DNA of 53,163 nucleotides, the filler included, from Sphacelaria rigidula (taxonomy: Eukaryota): assembly GCA_964200075.2 (NCBI GenBank). It is 4 parts of 4 records of this genome, joined end to end, with 100 filler letters (N's around TTAATTAATTAA, not from the genome) between each part and the next. Parts side by side here need not be neighbours in the genome. Positions count along the whole stretch, not along the records: positions 1 to 13,218 come from CAXNAA020003060.1; positions 13,319 to 26,535 come from CAXNAA020003061.1; 2 more parts are not named here. One strand, written 5' to 3'. The notes beneath the pieces were generated by a model. That model was given only the letters and a program-made list of their open reading frames with translations, was not told where the DNA came from and made no database searches. Numbering within the stretch: position 1 is the first letter of the stretch; every line of letters starts with the position of its first letter. A program made the translations under genes and the position numbers. Positions 10,875-23,354 of this stretch are shown here, in pieces.

Positions 10875-13143
10875 GTGTCAACGCCCACTGACACCAACCT
10901 CAAGAGAGTCTTGAAGGAGGCCAACGAGGAACTTCGTCGTGTTAGAGCACATGCGGTGGAGAGATTCTTCGAGACCTACGTCATCAGCCGACTTGAAGCG
11001 CACATCGCGAGGGGTAACCACCGCGGTGTCTACAGGAGAAGGGAATCGATGTCGAAGGGAGGAAATCATGTAGCTCACAGCAGCAATATATCCGCGACAA
11101 CAAGGGTCAACTGCTCAGAGACGTTGAGCTCATCCACCCGCGGTGGGTACATTGGTTTCACACCCTCCTCAACACCAAGTCGCCCCGCCTCAACCCAGCA
11201 ATCATCGACCCACTCCAGGCGCGACTTCTGAACACATCGCTAGACGAGGTGCCCACGATAGACGAGACAGCGGATGCCATACGATCTATGTCCAACGGAA
11301 AAGCCGTTGGCCAGATGAGCTGCCGACTGAACTACTGAAGATACTCCTCGACGGCGATGACACTAGCCGACTACAGAGATTCCACGCAATCATTGCTGAC
11401 ATCTGGGGCGGAGCAGCCGTACCATAAGAATGGAAGGATGTCACCATCATCGGGCTCCACAAAAAAGGGCGATCGGACGGAATGCGGAAACTACAGGGGA
11501 ATTCCACTCGTGTCACACGCCGGCAAGGTGCTCCTCATGATAATCACCCGTCGCCTGAGCACCAACGGCGAGGGCAATCGAATTCTGCCTAAAGAGCAGT
11601 GCGGCTTCCGCCCCGGACGCTCAACCGTCGGGATGATGTTCACCGTCCGACGACTACAGGGACTTGGCCGGAGACGAGAGGTCCCGCTCTACATGTGTTT
11701 CGCCGACCTCACGAAAGCATACAATTCGGTCGACCGCCCATTGCTGTGGAAAGTTTTGGAACGCTATGGCGTCCCACCCATCATGCTCCCGATCATCCGC
11801 CAATTCCACGACAGTATGCAAGCTCGGGTGCGCACGAACGACGGGAACACTCGGAATGGTTCAACATCGACCAAGGCCTCCTACAGGGATGCGTCCTAGC
11901 ACCACTGCTTTTCAACATTCTCTTCACGGCAGTCCTCACGGTGGCCCTGGCAACCTTCCGCGATGACCCTGACATCTCGGGGGACCTGGCGCGAGTCCGA
12001 AAGCGCGAAAAGGGAGATTCCAATAGGAATGTTCGGTAGCATGGGTCGAGCCAGACGTGCGCACAGCAATCGCAGCGGAAGAGGAACGGGCCTCATGGAG
12101 TATACTGTACGCCAATGACGCCTGCATCATCTCGCGGACATCATCGAGCCTCGAGAAAACGATGACGGCGATTGTGACGATTTGCGGAGAGTTCGGGTTG
12201 ACCGTGTCGGAAGCAAAGACGAAAACCATGCGACTGCACTCACAGGCAAGGCACCTCGACATCAACGCGGCTGGTCAGGTGTACAAACAAAAAGACAACT
12301 TTGTATACCTGGGGGGGGGGTCAGTAACGGAGAGCGGCGACCTCTCGGTGGAAATAAAAAAGCGCGTACAACGGGCCTGGCCGAGCTAACACCAGTACAA
12401 AGTCCAACTGTTCAATCGACCGAACGCGGCCGACCACCTCAAGGTCCGCATGATCAAGCCGAGGCTCTCGAAGCGCTCCTGCACGGGTGCGTCACATGGA
12501 CCCCTCTCAACGGCCACCACGATCTACTGCGCACGGCCCACCATGCGTCACTCAGGCGCTGTCTTGGATCGCACAAGCGCAATCGCACAGACCACGTTCT
12601 GTCATCCCGAGAGACCCTCGCAAGGACAGGGTGCGAAAGCATCGAGACGACGGTGAGAAAGAGGAGGCTCCATTTCGCCGGTTTCGTCACGCGCATGTGA
12701 ACCAGACGGATACCGAAACACGTCATATTCGGTGAAATTATAGCCATGAAAGGGCAAGAAAGAGACCTGAATGATAGGCACAAGGACTGGATCCGCTGCC
12801 TAGCGGAAGACGTGAAGGCGTTCGGTATCGAATGGTAGGGGTGGACTACCTGAGCCTTGAATGCAGTAGAGTGGCACAGCTGTGTTGAACAGGGAGCAGA
12901 AACGTTTATGGTGGACTGGTGCCAAAAGGATAACGCAGAGGCAGCGATACAGCACGCGAAAGCTGCAGGCCAAGATGCACCAACAGCACCTGGGACCGAC
13001 AGTACCAACACCAATTCATCATAGCCTACGCAAGATACGTAGAGCATTGTGTTTGGTTCCCATCTCTGATTTGTTGATCTTTTGCTCCTGGTGGTTTCTT
13101 TTTTTTTCTTGTCTGTTTTTGTTTCGTATGTGCACCCCCCGCC
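10875..13143 (+). mobile_element. RTE-clade LINE, 5'-truncated, frameshifted reverse transcriptase
   Basis: [67 protein letters not shown] (YADD site) and FVYLG, followed by the C-terminal WHSCVEQGAE region. Confidence 0.95.
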
Positions 13144-13218
13144 GCATGTGAACATGTGAACTGTACAAGGAGGAACGAGACGTGCTAGAGGGGGAAATGC
13201 GGGACGTGAACAAAGGTG

Positions 13219-13318
13219 NNNNNNNNNNNNNNNNNNNNNNNNNNNNNNNNNNNNNNNNNNNNTTAATTAATTAANNNNNNNNNNNNNNNNNNNNNNNNNN
13301 NNNNNNNNNNNNNNNNNN
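13219..13318. other. Artificial contig-joining linker (N44-TTAATTAATTAA-N44)
   Basis: Identical 100-nt linker occurs three times. TTAATTAATTAA gives stops in all six frames. Confidence 0.97.
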
Positions 13319-13378
13319 CCCCCCAACTCAACCATCAGAAGGTTACGAGGTTACCGACTGAGCCACCGGGGCGACGGG
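13319..13378 (-). mobile_element. tRNA-derived SINE 5' head (truncated by contig end)
   Basis: Minus strand reads cccgtcgccccggTGGCTCAGTCGGtaacctcgtaaccttctg, a Pol III A-box-like motif in a tRNA-like 5' arm. There is no complete cloverleaf. Confidence 0.55.
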
Positions 13379-13381
13379 TCA

Positions 13382-13745
13382 ATACGGGAAAAACGCCGAG
13401 GAAAAATAGGCCATCTCGACCACGACCCAGCAGATTCTTGTGCTGCTTGGTGTGCCATGTAGGGCAAAATCAAAGACACGCGGATTACGCAAAATCAGAG
13501 ACACGCGGATTACGAGCCAATATTTCGGCCCTAACTCGCCCTGGGTCCTTAGTTGTGTGTGGGTTGCCCTGCTCACGCTCCATTAATACTTCATTCTCAC
13601 CTACCCGAATTACGTCACGGGAGAACCACGCCATGCTCATCACGCCCAAGCGACTTACTATCGTGCTTGGTCTGCTGTGTACGGGAAACTCAAGAAACAC
13701 GGGGATTTCAGGCCAATACTTTCGCCTTATTTGGGCTTACTGCTT
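13382..13745 (+). repeat. Degenerate direct repeat containing a 25-bp tandem (gcaaaatcaRagacacgcggattac x2, 13464-13513)
   Basis: Read directly. 13382-13545 resembles 13610-13745. Confidence 0.6.
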
Positions 13746-15134
13746 AACTTAACGAGGAACACGATTTCACGTCCTCAGTGATGACCAACATGGCTTTCAG
13801 CGGACATGACTCCCAGAAGAGGGCCCACTTCACCCATGCGAATCGAAGATACTGCGGCCCTCGTACTCGAGAACGTGTCTCGGTTGCTTACCTGCGTGTC
13901 CCGCTGTAACTTAGGATTCACTCTGTTGTGTTCGCCGAGTGTGGTGCCATTACTACTCGTTGCAACGCGCTTCGGGACAACACCATGGGGTATACATTCG
14001 GTTTCAGAGTCTTCAGTCATCAGTGTGCGTGCGCACGAGCCTCGACAAGGGGATATTTCATTCATCGCACTGACGTCCCGTTGAACACTTTTTCTCAAGT
14101 ACATACTGTACAATCATGTCGTACACTGGAATACGTTATTTGAAGCTCCTCGCCTGTGCGTTCAGGAACATGAGACTATCAAACACGCAGCGAGGCCAAT
14201 ATCATCGACGCTGTTCCTCCCGACATTTCTCGGGATTGGCAACGTACCTGATGACTTTGTCAACTTTTGCAAGCATCACGGAGTTCATACGAGGCAGCTA
14301 GCAGAAGTGCTTGGTTGCAGTGATATCTCCTGATAAACTTTCTCTCCACCTCGAACAGCCATTTGTTCGTGTATCTTGTGGGGAGACTACTATTACAAGC
14401 CGATCAAAAAAAGTTGAGGATGGAACTTCACACCTCACACCGAGGATGATAACCCGGGGAGTTGGAACTTCGGTATCCACGCCATTTCTCCGAAATTTGA
14501 TGTTTTTTTTTTTCCAGTAGTGGCTTTTCACCTAAATTAGCCACTAATTGTTTTTTCTCGGGACCGCACAATTTCGGTTGACGGAATTTTTGTTTGTATG
14601 CGTGTAATAGTTATCGATAGCTACTAGGAGAACCACACTTCAGAAAACCGGTGTGAATGCAAGTTTCAACTATTCGGGTTATCATCCTTTACGACAAGCT
14701 TCAACCTCCAACTGGAGGATCTGCTGTTACTGGGTTAAGGTCAGAGATGTTGCGTCATATGTTTCTTCGCTATAACCCCAGCACTCCGTGCACACAAAAA
14801 CAAGGGCATTATCATCCCAGTTGTGCGTGGACGATCCTCGAATGCATCTCCCATGTTTTCTTACCCACCTTCCATGACGGTAGGAAACCGGTCGAGGTCA
14901 CGGGGCCAAACCGAGGAGAGCTGAGCTTGGCAAACCGACAAGACTGGGGTCTTCAAGGCGGTCCTGTCCCACCAGCGCGCAGCGTGAAACGAATTGCACG
15001 CGCAGATGTCACGAACGAATTCACGAGTGGGTCCTAGTTGTCCAATCTCGCGTGTATTTTAAATTTCCGGGACAGTTTTCGACAATCCTCACTCTTTTTT
15101 GGGGGAGGTAGATTTTATACCGTTCCAAGCGTCC

Positions 15135-15628
15135 TCCGGGTATCCACCGGGTCATTTCATGCCGTGGTGTGTGTGAGTATCGTAGGTAGGTATAACATTT
15201 GAAAATACCCAATTAGGCAAGTACGATAGGAAGTGAAATTATAAGATACCGTGGTATCGTTCATTCGCGGTTCAGACCCCTGTGCAAGGTTATTTAATCG
15301 GTAGTTTTGAACCACATTGCCCACATTTCTCCGGTGCTGTTATTGCTCCTTTTTTTTCTCGCGGCTTGTTTGCACGTAGGATCTTATAAATCATCAAACA
15401 AAGACGTACCTGCTCCGACAACTTCCGGTCTTGGCCCAAGTTGGGACCACGTGCTGCACTCCAGGGAGTGCATTTTGTCCGGATGAAACAGGGTATATCA
15501 CCGGTATTTTCCGAGGTATTTCAAACCGTGGCATGCGTGGGTATTGTAGGAACGAGTGTTGAAACTACCTGATCGAGCGAACACGATAGGTGTTGGTATA
15601 ATGAAATATCGTGGTATCGTAGGTATTC
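15135..15628 (+). repeat. GGTAT-rich degenerate direct repeats (~15135-15265 and ~15490-15628)
   Basis: Shared blocks gggtat..caccgg, ccgtgg, gtg.gtat.gtagg, acgatagg and cgtggtatcgt. Confidence 0.5.
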
Positions 15629-15914
15629 AATACCCCTTTGGACCGGTATCGGTAGGGCATGAGTAGGATGTCCCAAATACCGGTATCGGATGCCAATTCA
15701 ACTACGGTAGCCGTGCGTTATTTTCAGATCATTTGCATTTTTAACCAAGAACACATCAGTACTGCATAAAACCTCTACATCGATAGGGTGGTCTTCGCAT
15801 CATGCGTACTTTTTTTTAGTGAAATTGATGCCGATTTAACAGACGGCCTCATCTTGGTGTCTCGGGGTCAAGTAAACGCAGAAAACATTTTTTTGCGCAA
15901 CAGAACTCGAGCTA

Positions 15915-16850
15915 TTTCATCCTCGGCGCACCGTTGCAACGACCAACCCTGGATCCAGACATATCGGCTTGTTGATTGTGGTTGACATGACATGTGGCAA
16001 ATGTTGCCGGCCTTGCAGCGATGACGGCGCGCGTACGATCATGCTTCCCGCGATGAGCACCCCAACAGGCGATACCGGGACGATTGTTCCACATCTTGTC
16101 ATGATCTATAAGGTGTGCCAGTACATATTCATGTTGATTCGCCTGCACTGCAACGGGCCAGGTGCTCATGATGCATCCACTTACTGTGCTCGGAATCGGG
16201 GCTGTCATGGCCGTTTCGAGGGCGTAGCGGCTGTATGTCAGTATTCGCGTAGTACAATTCGCCGAGTGGTCGGAAGGAACTGTTTTTGGTACACATGCTG
16301 CCGGTGTAGTGTCCGATTAGTGCCAGGTTTCACGGTGAGACTTCAGCCACGGTCGAGAGATTAACCAGAGTCCTTGTACTCAAGTGCAATGATTGTTCGA
16401 TCAATGTGGGCCAAGTGCGGCCATTCGCAGATATAGTGCGGGCAGGTCGGGTATATTTTTGCTTCATATTTCAGCACAGGACTAGCATTGCCTTTTTCAC
16501 CACAGCGTTCAAGTCGACGGTTTACCTTCCGCAAATCAAATGCCATTGGGATCAGATGCACAACAGCCATGGGGATACATCGACAAGTGGGACTGGATTA
16601 GTGGCCTGCACAGACGTATTTTTGAACTGTGCGCAAGTTAACACAATTCCACACCCGTGATGACTTGATTCAATCTGTTGACCTGATTCGATTGATCGAT
16701 TTTCGCACATGATCTGATGCGCTGCTAAAGCAACCGTAGCCACAGGAGGTTGTGCATACACCTCAATGAAAACTCGAGAAAGTTGAAAATGTGAAGGGAG
16801 AAAACGAAGAGTGAATTTAGACGAAGGGGAAGATACAGACAACTCAAGAA
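15915..16850 (-). mobile_element. Highly decayed LTR-retrotransposon (probably Gypsy) gag/post-protease relic
   Basis: Knuckle-like RCGEKGNASP and YICEWPHLAHI. Downstream GVLIAGSMIV...TTINKPICLDPGLVVATV resembles a protease-RT spacer. Confidence 0.3.
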
Positions 16851-18007
16851 CATGAAAGCGCGATGAATATGCACGTTACTGGTCCCGGGAAACCCCGAAG
16901 GGCACTTGCCACGGCTCAAGGCGAAAATAAACTTTCAAAAATAAGCCCGTTTCGACAGTTTGACCTGAGCTATTCAGGGACCGCACCGCTTCGGTAGGGG
17001 ATTCCGTCCGCCAGCTCCGCGGAGGTGACCACACGAGGACGGCTTTGTCGTAAAAAAGTGGGGAGATAAAAACAGGGCGCATGTCTCCGGGGTATAGGGA
17101 CGAGATAGAATAACCCATTAGAGTGAGTCGAGTCACCAGACTGGGGCCAACTATAATGGGAGCCGTTCGAAAGTCCTGTTCGAAACTACTCCCTGTATTT
17201 TTCCTAGTCGATTTACGCCCGAAAAGAGAGCACTAATATGTGGATGTTTACGTTTTGGAATGACTTGTTCTACTCGTTGAGACCGTGGGAAACGGTCTGG
17301 TGATCACACAAATATTATTTTTTCGCTCGATCGTTTTGTTGAAAAATCGGGCTCGGTCGAAAATAAAAGTGCAGACAGCGGGAACAGCAAAGTTGCCATG
17401 GAATAGTCTCACTGACTAGAGCAAGTCATTCCGACGCGTCAATATCCGCCTAGCTCTCTTTGTAGACAGAAACTTTGAGGTCAACATGACAACATTTCTT
17501 GCACACATCAACTGTGGGTGAACTACAGTATCATACTGCGGTACTGTTTGACAAGAAGCCACAGGTACAGTCTGGAGTAGAGACTAGCACTGTACAGGGG
17601 TACAGCAGTAGGTACGGCTGTACTGTTCCTCTCTGTTGGAAGCTGTACGAAATGTACAGTCTTACGGTTTGGACAGAAGACGACGGTAGCAGTGGGAGTA
17701 GCGGCAGTAATAGCAGTTGTTGCGCAACATTCGCGCACACGACACATTGTAGTTCCACACCTTTTTCTGCCTGTGTGTACATACTGCAAGGTATGTTTGT
17801 CTGCCCTGCTCGGAGTTTGGTAATATCGAAAAACGTCATCTGCACAGACAAATTTTTCATCGCGCATCGGCTGCGGCGGTTGTGGCTGGCGTCTAGGCCG
17901 AGGCGTCATTATTCCTCGCCTCGTGAGCGTTTGTGCGGCGGAATTGATTACTTTCATGTTGTGTTTGGGTCTGAGGGACTACGTAGGTTTTCCAGCGAAA
18001 AAGCCAA

Positions 18008-18520
18008 GTAAATCACAGCCGACCACCGAAATTGAGGATGAAGCTCTTTACTGAGGGTGATGACCCTGAAGATGAAAATCTTCACATCAACACCAATTCT
18101 TGGTAGGATTGTCCCGTTTCTTCATCTGCTGGTAGCTATGAATAACTTCTATACGCCACACGAGGTAGAATTCCGAAGACCGGAATTCGGGCATTACAAG
18201 TGCAGAAACTAATGTTGGGAATATCCGGGATACTACACACAAAATTAGATTCCCGAGACCGAAATTTTGGGATCCTGGTTGGAAAAAAATAGCTGGGGAT
18301 TCACGTGAACCAAGTTTGTTCACCTAGAAATCGTATATTTCGGTCATCGGAATCCAACGTTGTATGGCGTGTGGTAGGTGCCAATAATAGCTACCAGCAG
18401 ATGGAGGAATGGAGTCATCTCTCGGAAAATTGGTGTGAATGCGAGGTTTTAGTTTCCCAGGTAATCATCCTCAATCAAAAGTTACATCCTCAATTTCGAT
18501 GGTCTGCTGTTATTTTCTAC
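18008..18520. mobile_element. Foldback MITE (related to 50102-50536)
   Basis: acagccgaccaccgaaattgaggatg pairs with catcctcaatttcgatggtctgctgt. Inner arms cttcatctgctggtagctat / atagctaccagcagatggag and tacgccacac / gtatggcgtg also pair. Confidence 0.8.
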
Positions 18521-20432
18521 TAAAAACATTTTTTGAGTACCAGCACCTATCCGGTTGTATTTAATACGGCCAGCAGGAGTTATGTTTACTGTCCGAACAG
18601 TCTTTCGTACAGCATGTAGGGAACCCATGAAGGGTTTGCGTATCTGGCATGGTCAACCGCAGCACGAGAGTATGTCCCTCTTCGTTTTTTTCAACTGCAT
18701 ATTCGCGATTGAAGCTCTGCTTTCTCTTCTTCACCTCCACCCTGCCCGTCGTTCGCAAATAGTCATGCAATAGATTCGAAGCAATCTGAGAACAGAAATG
18801 CCGTGGACGTATGGAATGCAAGATAACTACGACCAAATCGATTCCACGGGTCGTTATGCGGGTCGAAAAGACACCGACAAGACCCATGGGCGGGTCTCAT
18901 AGAAAAACATCGAATCGCGTGGTTCGTTACGAGGCCGTATCTGATACGCTCATCGCATTTTTCATCTTCTCAAATAGCTTCATGTCCGTTCAGTAGTTTT
19001 TCGCACTCGACGGGCAGCTCAAACAGAAAGCTCAGCTTCTTCGAGCGAAAACCAGCGGTGGAAGTGAGTGAAGGGGCACGAGGCTCCCTTGTTGCAGACA
19101 ATCATGTCAGATACCATCTTGTCACAGCCTTACCCCAACCCCACATGGATCATTCGCAGCTACCAACTCAACCCTGCAGCATGTATCACGAGCTGCACAC
19201 AGGTGTGTACACAAACTGCAATGGAAGGGAACCGACACCATCGCTCTCGTGGCGTCCGCTTCTTTTTTTGTTGGCGAAAACATCAGTTTTTGATTTCATG
19301 GTATGGTCCACCTACCGAGTTGCGTGTTGGGGTGGACGGCCGGGTTGGGAATACGCTCGTGTACTAGTAGCAGTACAAAACCGCACGTAGTCTAAAATTC
19401 TCTCCACATTCCCCGGTGTGCAGAGTATGGACAGCTTCGCTGTTCGAATTTCACGTTGCTCGCTTCTTCTTTAGATCGCAATTGCATGCTGGACGAAACA
19501 CACATACTGTGAGGACGTTACAGGCGGCACTGTGTGGGGAAGTTTCACGCACAGCTTGTAGCCTGGCTTGTGTGTTCCGTGGTCCGGGTTTCGGCTTCAT
19601 GACAAATTGCGGTACAACTTATGGTTCAACGAAACTACCAACATGTAGTGCCGTTTCGTGTGTGTCTTCCAATAATTCAGAGGTCCCACCATGTTCAGCA
19701 ACATAGGTCATGGTATACTACAGTGAGACATGCTCTGCCATAGTTTGTTACACAACATTTTAGTGTAATAAAGGAAACTAGGTCACGTAGCTTGCTGTAG
19801 ATTTAGTGTGAGGAGCTGGCAAGACTAGCACGTCAGTGTTGAATCGCATGATACGATTCGTTGAAGGATTGATGACACAATGCTGTCGCTCTCTTTTGTT
19901 CCCTTTAGCCCTTTTGCTTAGAAAGGAGACTAGTTTGACATGTGTTGGCCAAATAAGCGCCTGTGGAAATCATCATCTCCCTGTTTATGCTGCAGAAAAA
20001 GTGGTCCAACTATCACCGGTGCCCCTTTGTCATACACTGTCCAGTGCGACAGTAGTCGGAACAGTAGTGGGCGGTCCAACCACTCAGGGGTGTTCAGGGG
20101 TCTTTTCGCTCGCTACTCTTTGATTGAAATAAAAGTTGCCAGCGTCAGTAGATGTTGGTATAGCAAATAGATCATCCTCGAGACACAGCGCCCAGGTGAC
20201 AGTTAGTTGGTGTTATCTAGCGATACAAGTAGATGCCCCGTTCATCAGAAAGGTGTTATTGACCGTGATACACAGTTGTCCGGCTCCAGTACTACGAGTA
20301 GGCAGAATAAAAAAAAAAAAACTGCACATTTTTTCACAAATTTAATTGGGACGGGTTCGATAGACCGGAAAGACTCAGTATCTGGGCTGAAACGTGGGCA
20401 AGACCCTCGATGACCGGTCAGCCCGGAAGTCA

Positions 20433-20467
20433 CTGTGGACTGTGGACTGTGGACTGTGGACTGTGGA
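20433..20467. repeat. (CTGTGGA)5 minisatellite
   Basis: Read directly from the sequence. Confidence 0.95.
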
Positions 20468-20952
20468 GACTATACAAACATCCATACATACCCGATTTGG
20501 TGGACGGTGGCAACCGATTATGGCCCCTAAAACACCACCAATTTCGAAAAAATCACAAACTGGCACGAAGCGAACAGTTCGACCGCCCACTAGTGAAAGT
20601 CCTCGGAGACAGTGCCACACAACACGAGCCACTCCAGCACAATTTCATCTGTATGCTCCGTTGGATTTCACTACAAGTTAACAAGTACGGCTTCACGAAT
20701 TTCACTCAGCTGTTTCGGGCGAAAATGTGCAAATTCGCTGGGACCGAGGCACAGCAAAACAAACTAAATCGATCCCGCCGCACGAAGTCGTTCGAGCCGA
20801 AAAAGAGTGATCAAAAACGGCCGAAGTGAGTGATGACACACACCAAGGTTTCCGTGGGATTGAGAGGTGGGTTTGGATTGAGAGTGGTTTTGCTCATTTG
20901 CACCAGCTTGGCCATTCTCCCATTCCGAGTGTGATTTTCGTCGTTTCATTAC

Positions 20953-21282
20953 TGCCAACAGTGTTTTCGTGAGATTGAGAGTAGATGACACGATTGAGAG
21001 TGGCTTTGATCATTCGTTTCAAGTGAGTCTTCTTTTTATTCCACGTGTGCTTTTCTGTACCTCCATCACTTGCGTGTGCTTATAGCTACACGTCGGTATC
21101 CGACCCAGGGATATCAAGTGCTTCAGTGGCCAGCTATTGCAGAAAGCAAGTTGGGCCTCGTGGAAGTGCATTTCAGAACTATAAGATTCATTTACTGATT
21201 GACCGCTTCTCGCTCTCGATTGACCGCTTCTCACTCTCAATGGTATCATCCACTCTTAATCTCACGAAAATACTGTTTGCCA
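20953..21282. mobile_element. MITE-like element with ~50-bp inverted repeats
   Basis: aacagtgttttcgtgagattgagagtagatgacacgattgagagtg pairs with cactctcaatggtatcatccactcttaatctcacgaaaatactgtt. Confidence 0.65.
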
Positions 21283-21353
21283 GGTGCTTACAGCTACGCG
21301 ATGATATCCTACTCGGAGGTATTGGGGCCCTCAGTGGTGAGCTTTAAAGCAAA

Positions 21354-21503
21354 ACAAGACCACGACGCTACTACTAGCTTCTATTGCATAGCCAAAAATC
21401 GCTCAACTTTTGCGCCATTTCACGGGTCACAAGACCACGACGCTACTACTAGCTTTTACTGCATAGCCAAAAATCGCTGAACTTTTGCGCCATTTCACGT
21501 GTC
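21354..21503. repeat. 75-bp tandem duplication
   Basis: acaagaccacgacgctactactagctt...cttttgcgccatttcacg occurs twice with a few mismatches. Confidence 0.9.
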
Positions 21504-23354
21504 TCGGGCTGCGTGTACCTGGGTTGCAACGTTGAAACAAAGCCTAGTGTGGAAGTTGTGGGACTGCCGGTGACGTTAGAATCCGTCGAAGGTGGCCGAT
21601 GATTTCCCTAGGGTGATGTAGTCAAGGGTTGACTGTAAGTCGTGGGGTTGAGGCCAAGAGAGAAGAGAGACCTGCTGTTGTCACAGCAAGCACTACAGTC
21701 TATATATCTCTTAAAATATACAGCTAGGTAGAAAGAAGCGTTTACATACATCACTCCTCAATGATACTCCACATGGCAGCGTGTACAGCCGTAGTGGTAC
21801 TATTATCGCAACACGACACCCGACGCCATACCGTGAATGCCCCGTGGATATCACTCCTCCTCGATACATACGGCGGTGTTGTGTACAGCAAGCTGTGTAC
21901 AGCAAGCAGCGGGTGCAGTATGTGATCTGTGGTATATGGAGACGGGGTTGGAAGATCCGTGCCAACGGTATTGAGCGGGGTGCGGTTCTTCACGACGGTG
22001 AGATCTGTATCTTGGGGCCCTTTGCTGGAGTCGGGAAGCGATTGTTGCGTTGAAGATGGCCGATGGAAGAGACTGATTTCCCCTCACATGTGGGTACAAT
22101 TTCCAGAAACAAGGGTATGATTAGGAGAAAAGTAGTCACAGCAGGGTACACCGTGGTCGTCTACGGCTGCCCCCGGGTGAAAACGGTCGTTGATTAATCA
22201 GCTGCTCTCATTTCCCCTCCAAACAAAGAGGGTACCCAGGTTTGTCGCTAATGCACCATGGTCTACCCTAGAATGACGTTTGCCATTAAAAAATGTGTTT
22301 GTCGGACCGGCAAGTCTGCTCAAACACGCTGGAGAATTGATTTTACTGTACTATACTATACTGCACTGAACAGGCAGATCTGTGAACTCCAGATATCGGA
22401 ACGGTTTTCGTCAGGACAAAAACAACAACAACAACAACACCCGTGCACAGACAGATACATAGAGGTCGTGAAATTCATCAGCAGGATTGCGAGTCGAACC
22501 TCGAAGCTTGCCTGCGACGAATCTCAAAAAACGTATGATAAGTGTGCATGTTGACCGACACACGTAAAACTCAGGTGTTTGATGAACGCCATTCTTCATG
22601 GCAAAGAAGAGCGCTGATTCGCAAACCCATAGCTTGGGTTCAAGTTCAGATTTGAATTTCGATATTGTTCCGTATATGCGCATGTCCGGGTGAAAGTTCA
22701 GTGTTGGATTTTTCAGTGGTCGTGTATTCACCTACAGCACATGTCACTGGCAGTAAACATCGAACGAGTCATGGGACTACAACGCTTGTCAGTGCTTTTC
22801 CGTGTATGCAAAATAAAGAGTGAAGACAGTAGCTGTGGGTGTGATAGTTGGTCAACCGTATGCATCACGGGCAGGAGAAAAGAGATCCCCCAGTGCTTTT
22901 GTTATTCCTTGGAATAATTTCACTTTAAAACAAGCCGCGTGTCCGACATATGTGATTTTGTTCCGAGTAAAAGTTCAGTTTTGGATCTTCCGCAGGCAGT
23001 AAACGCTAGCTGCGCCTCGGGCCTACAAGGCTCGTCAATGCTTCTTCGAGTATACAGTAAAAAGAATGAAGGCTGTACCTGTGGGTGTGATGGTAGGCCG
23101 ACAGTAGATGTCACGTGCTGGGTACTGAAGCGCCAACGTTGTCTCTCGATGATTTTGTCACAAAGTAAGCTAGCTATTTGGAGGATTTAAAATGTTGAAT
23201 CCACTCACACATGAACAAACGTGAATGCGAGTCAGACCTCGTGATACCGTATGGGGTCTCACAGCCTCGAAGCGAACAACGAACAGACGCAGCAACGAAA
23301 AGAAGCACCAAAACAATTGGATGTGCACCCAGCCAGGTGCACCATCTGCACGCT

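Noticed and set aside
13263..13274. TTAATTAATTAA palindromes as biological sites (e.g. piggyBac TTAA targets)
   Set aside because: They are centred in identical N-padded 100-nt linkers, so they are assembly artefacts.
13319..13378. Functional tRNA gene
   Set aside because: Only an A-box-like 5' part is present; no T-arm or acceptor stem is visible, so it is better explained as a SINE head.
21354..21503. CRISPR-like array (also considered 4873-4918 and 37306-37512)
   Set aside because: Plain tandem duplications with no unique spacers, no cas genes and a eukaryotic context.
21519..21635. Minus-strand exon candidate with good splice signals
   Set aside because: Stops in all three frames and no recognisable homology.
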